Positions 62,098 to 64,000 of a DNA stretch of 64,000 nt are shown here, piece after piece. Positions within the stretch are counted from its first letter, which is position 1, and the number at the start of each line of letters is the position of its first letter. Under the pieces are notes generated by a model that was given only the letters and a program-made list of their open reading frames with translations, made no database searches and was not told the DNA's origin. The DNA comes from an uncultured archaeon (GTDB lineage: Archaea > Aenigmatarchaeota > Aenigmatarchaeia > CG10238-14 > SCSR01). Position numbers and translations under genes: made by a program. The stretch is taken from positions 80,813-144,812 of the forward strand of contig CAZIJH010000002.1 in NCBI GenBank assembly GCA_964539655.1. Direction: 5' to 3'.

Positions 62098-63999
62098 TCA
62101 ATTTATGCTTTCATCCATCACTTCAGTTGTTGCTGGAGTAGATGTACTTGCAATCGCATATTCTTCCGAATCAGTCGAAATGCTAAATTCAATTTCGTTC
62201 TCCGAGTTCCTGCTTTTCACCTGGCATGCAAGAACGTTTGATTCATCAGTTTTCAGTCCAGCAAGCTTCGCGCAGTAATCGTAGCTGCTTCCCTCGACGC
62301 ATCCGCTCTTCGGATCCTTTTTTCCCAACTCATGGAGTCCGTTGACGTCATTGATCTGCGGAATCGCAGCACCGTTAAGATAGCATGCGGCGCCATCCCT
62401 GCTCGCGACGTTGAAATACATGCTGTCTTTCATAGACTCGTCGGTGACGAACACCTGCCTGTAAAATCTCGAGCATCCTGCGCAGTTTCCGCTGTCCGGA
62501 AGCTCTGTGGTCGTCCATCCAATGTCGTCATAATTAGAAGACTTCCAATCATTGTCGTCTGTCTTTTCCGGCTCGTTCGATCCTTCGACCTGCAAAGTCT
62601 TCCATCCGGTCGTAGGGATTTCGCACGTGAGGACTTCGTCCACTTCGACTGCTTGACCTTCTCTTGCTATCTGATAAGTGTAATCGGCCGTGGCTTCGAA
62701 GCTGTATGTCGATACATCTTCCAAGTCGAAAGACGATGAGCCTGCCAAATTTTCCGCTCCGAACGAGCAGACTATATTATTACTCTGCTGGTTTTTGCCA
62801 AGAGTTGATACGAATCTCGGGATTTCTATTTTCTCGGATTGTGTTCCTTGTGGAGTTTTGACTTCGCCCGCATATGGTCCGACGCATCCTTGGAACGTAA
62901 GATAATTTCCTTTAAGCTGCAGCGGGGGATTTTGCTTGAGCGTCACAGAATTTATTTTCGCGTCGCCTGTCCCCGAATTCCTGATCACTATGGTCACAGA
63001 AATTTCCGCGTCCCTGTCAAAAGCGAAATCTTTCGGCCTTGGAATGACATCGAGTTTTATCGGGCCAGGGAACGTTATCGGATTCTGCACGGTAGGAGCG
63101 CTGGTTGTGCTGTCCTTCCTCAGACTTATTCTGGCTTCTCCGAACGCGTCATAGTCGTAGGAGAAAACTGCCCTGGGCTTGAACCCCTTTGTAACGCAGC
63201 TGAGAGGAATGAAAGCCGTTATCTCCAACGGAAATATTGACGGACCTATTTCTGATGCAACTTCTTCGCTGAGTCCCAACTTTATTCTGTCCGTGCGGCT
63301 GTCAACCGAAATGCCTTTCAGTTCCGTGACTTTGCTCGAATCGTAGTACATCATGAACTTCGGATTTTTCACCGGAGAAATTTCTTCGCACTTGTTGATT
63401 CCGGCTTCGCTTCTGCAATACTCCTTCCCTTCGGGCGTATCGATCGTAACGGACGCGACAGCCTTCTTCACGCCCATTGTCTCCAGTTCGAGCGAGGTGA
63501 TGCTGTAACAATTGGTGCATCCTATCTCGTCGGCCTTGTCAGTGACCAAAAACTTTTTGCAGTCGTCCCACGCCTTTGTCGGAGAATAAGCCTGCTGCTG
63601 TATGACTTCCGAAGGCACGAAAGATTTTCCGAACCAGCATCCGGTCTGTGTTCCCAAATATTTGAGAGGAACACCTCCTATGAAATCACTGTCCGCAACA
63701 GACTGCAGAGCCGGCGCCACATACATTTCTGCCTGCCTCTCTACATAATTGGACACAGGAGTGTCTATGGCACCAGGCAAATTTCCTTTGATTCCGAAAG
63801 CTTCTGGCATAGCTGGTGCAAGACCAAAAATGTAAATAAGAATTATTCCAATTAGGATAGTGAATTTAAATTTCGATGCGTTCTCTTTTATGGTGCCTGC
63901 CTTTTCTTTTGTACTTCCCCATTTCTCCTTCAGGGCATCATACGTTATGGCATCACGTTTTTCTTTCAGTTTTTGCCTGATATCGTCAAGTTTCCCCAT
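62098..63999 (-). CDS. Large N-terminally anchored surface protein (633 aa), putative adhesin with beta-sandwich/jelly-roll-like domains
   Basis: Charged N-terminus, one TM (FKFTILIGIILIYIFGLAP), then a Cys-containing ectodomain. A CARDB-like stretch (EISVTIVIRNSGTGDAKINSVTLKQ) and a C-terminal segment (DDNDWKSSNYDDIGWTTTELP...FYRQVFV...FNVASRDGAACYLNG) resemble galactose-binding-like jelly rolls. Confidence 0.5.
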   Translation of the reverse strand: MGKLDDIRQKLKEKRDAITYDALKEKWGSTKEKAGTIKENASKFKFTILIGIILIYIFGLAPAMPEAFGIKGNLPGAIDTPVSNYVERQAEMYVAPALQSVADSDFIGGVPLKYLGTQTGCWFGKSFVPSEVIQQQAYSPTKAWDDCKKFLVTDKADEIGCTNCYSITSLELETMGVKKAVASVTIDTPEGKEYCRSEAGINKCEEISPVKNPKFMMYYDSSKVTELKGISVDSRTDRIKLGLSEEVASEIGPSIFPLEITAFIPLSCVTKGFKPRAVFSYDYDAFGEARISLRKDSTTSAPTVQNPITFPGPIKLDVIPRPKDFAFDRDAEISVTIVIRNSGTGDAKINSVTLKQNPPLQLKGNYLTFQGCVGPYAGEVKTPQGTQSEKIEIPRFVSTLGKNQQSNNIVCSFGAENLAGSSSFDLEDVSTYSFEATADYTYQIAREGQAVEVDEVLTCEIPTTGWKTLQVEGSNEPEKTDDNDWKSSNYDDIGWTTTELPDSGNCAGCSRFYRQVFVTDESMKDSMYFNVASRDGAACYLNGAAIPQINDVNGLHELGKKDPKSGCVEGSSYDYCAKLAGLKTDESNVLACQVKSRNSENEIEFSISTDSEEYAIASTSTPATTEVMDESIN

Positions 64000-64000
64000 T

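Noticed and set aside
1-64000. CRISPR arrays, rRNA genes, IS elements or provirus
   Set aside because: I saw no regularly spaced direct repeats, no rRNA-like sequence, and no transposase, integrase, capsid or terminase-like ORFs. The accessory region therefore looks like a defence island rather than a recognisable mobile element.

Overview
This is an archaeal chromosomal segment. Diagnostic genes are an HMf-type histone, RPA-like OB-fold protein, RadA, Bud32, ribosomal proteins uS15 and eS1 (S3Ae), a RecJ/GAN-like DHH protein, diphthine synthase, Trm5, AglB/STT3 and tRNA-Leu(CAG). Dense packing, many 4-nt start/stop overlaps and abundant Cys-rich surface proteins suggest a small-genome (DPANN-like) archaeon, but that lineage call is only inference. 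The window has four blocks. (1) 1-6.8 kb is an N-glycosylation cluster: a GT-C enzyme, GT2, GT4, AglB, a methyltransferase and another GT4. (2) 6.9-13.7 kb holds core DNA-metabolism genes (histone, RPA, RadA), small wHTH proteins, a RelBE-type pair and TspO. (3) About 13.7-26.6 kb is a compositionally patchy accessory/defence island. It contains a Vsr gene relic, a CDA-fold deaminase, a Vsr + candidate PD-(D/E)xK endonuclease + C5-methyltransferase unit and an AbrB-like mini-gene with ACGTA operator-like repeats. It also contains a very AT-rich cassette of TGT/DpdA-like protein, two orphan proteins, an Mrr-nuclease-TPR fusion and a GIY-YIG protein, which is my top candidate for an undescribed DNA modification/restriction system. 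The island ends with a UPF0489 homologue, wHTH-MNT/HEPN, two tandem small paralogues, VapBC and an HExxH protein. (4) After housekeeping genes (26.6-36.6 kb) come five tandem paralogous membrane proteins (37.1-40.2 kb). A very large type IV pilus-like locus follows (44.7-64 kb): two coiled-coil proteins, a FlaI/PilB-type ATPase, a FlaJ/TadC-type platform protein, about 14 ORFs with pilin-like N-terminal hydrophobic segments, an embedded PIG-V-like GT-C enzyme and large Cys-rich putative adhesins. I saw no rRNA, CRISPR array, transposase or integrase. All calls rest on reading the translations and recalling family motifs; no database search was possible.
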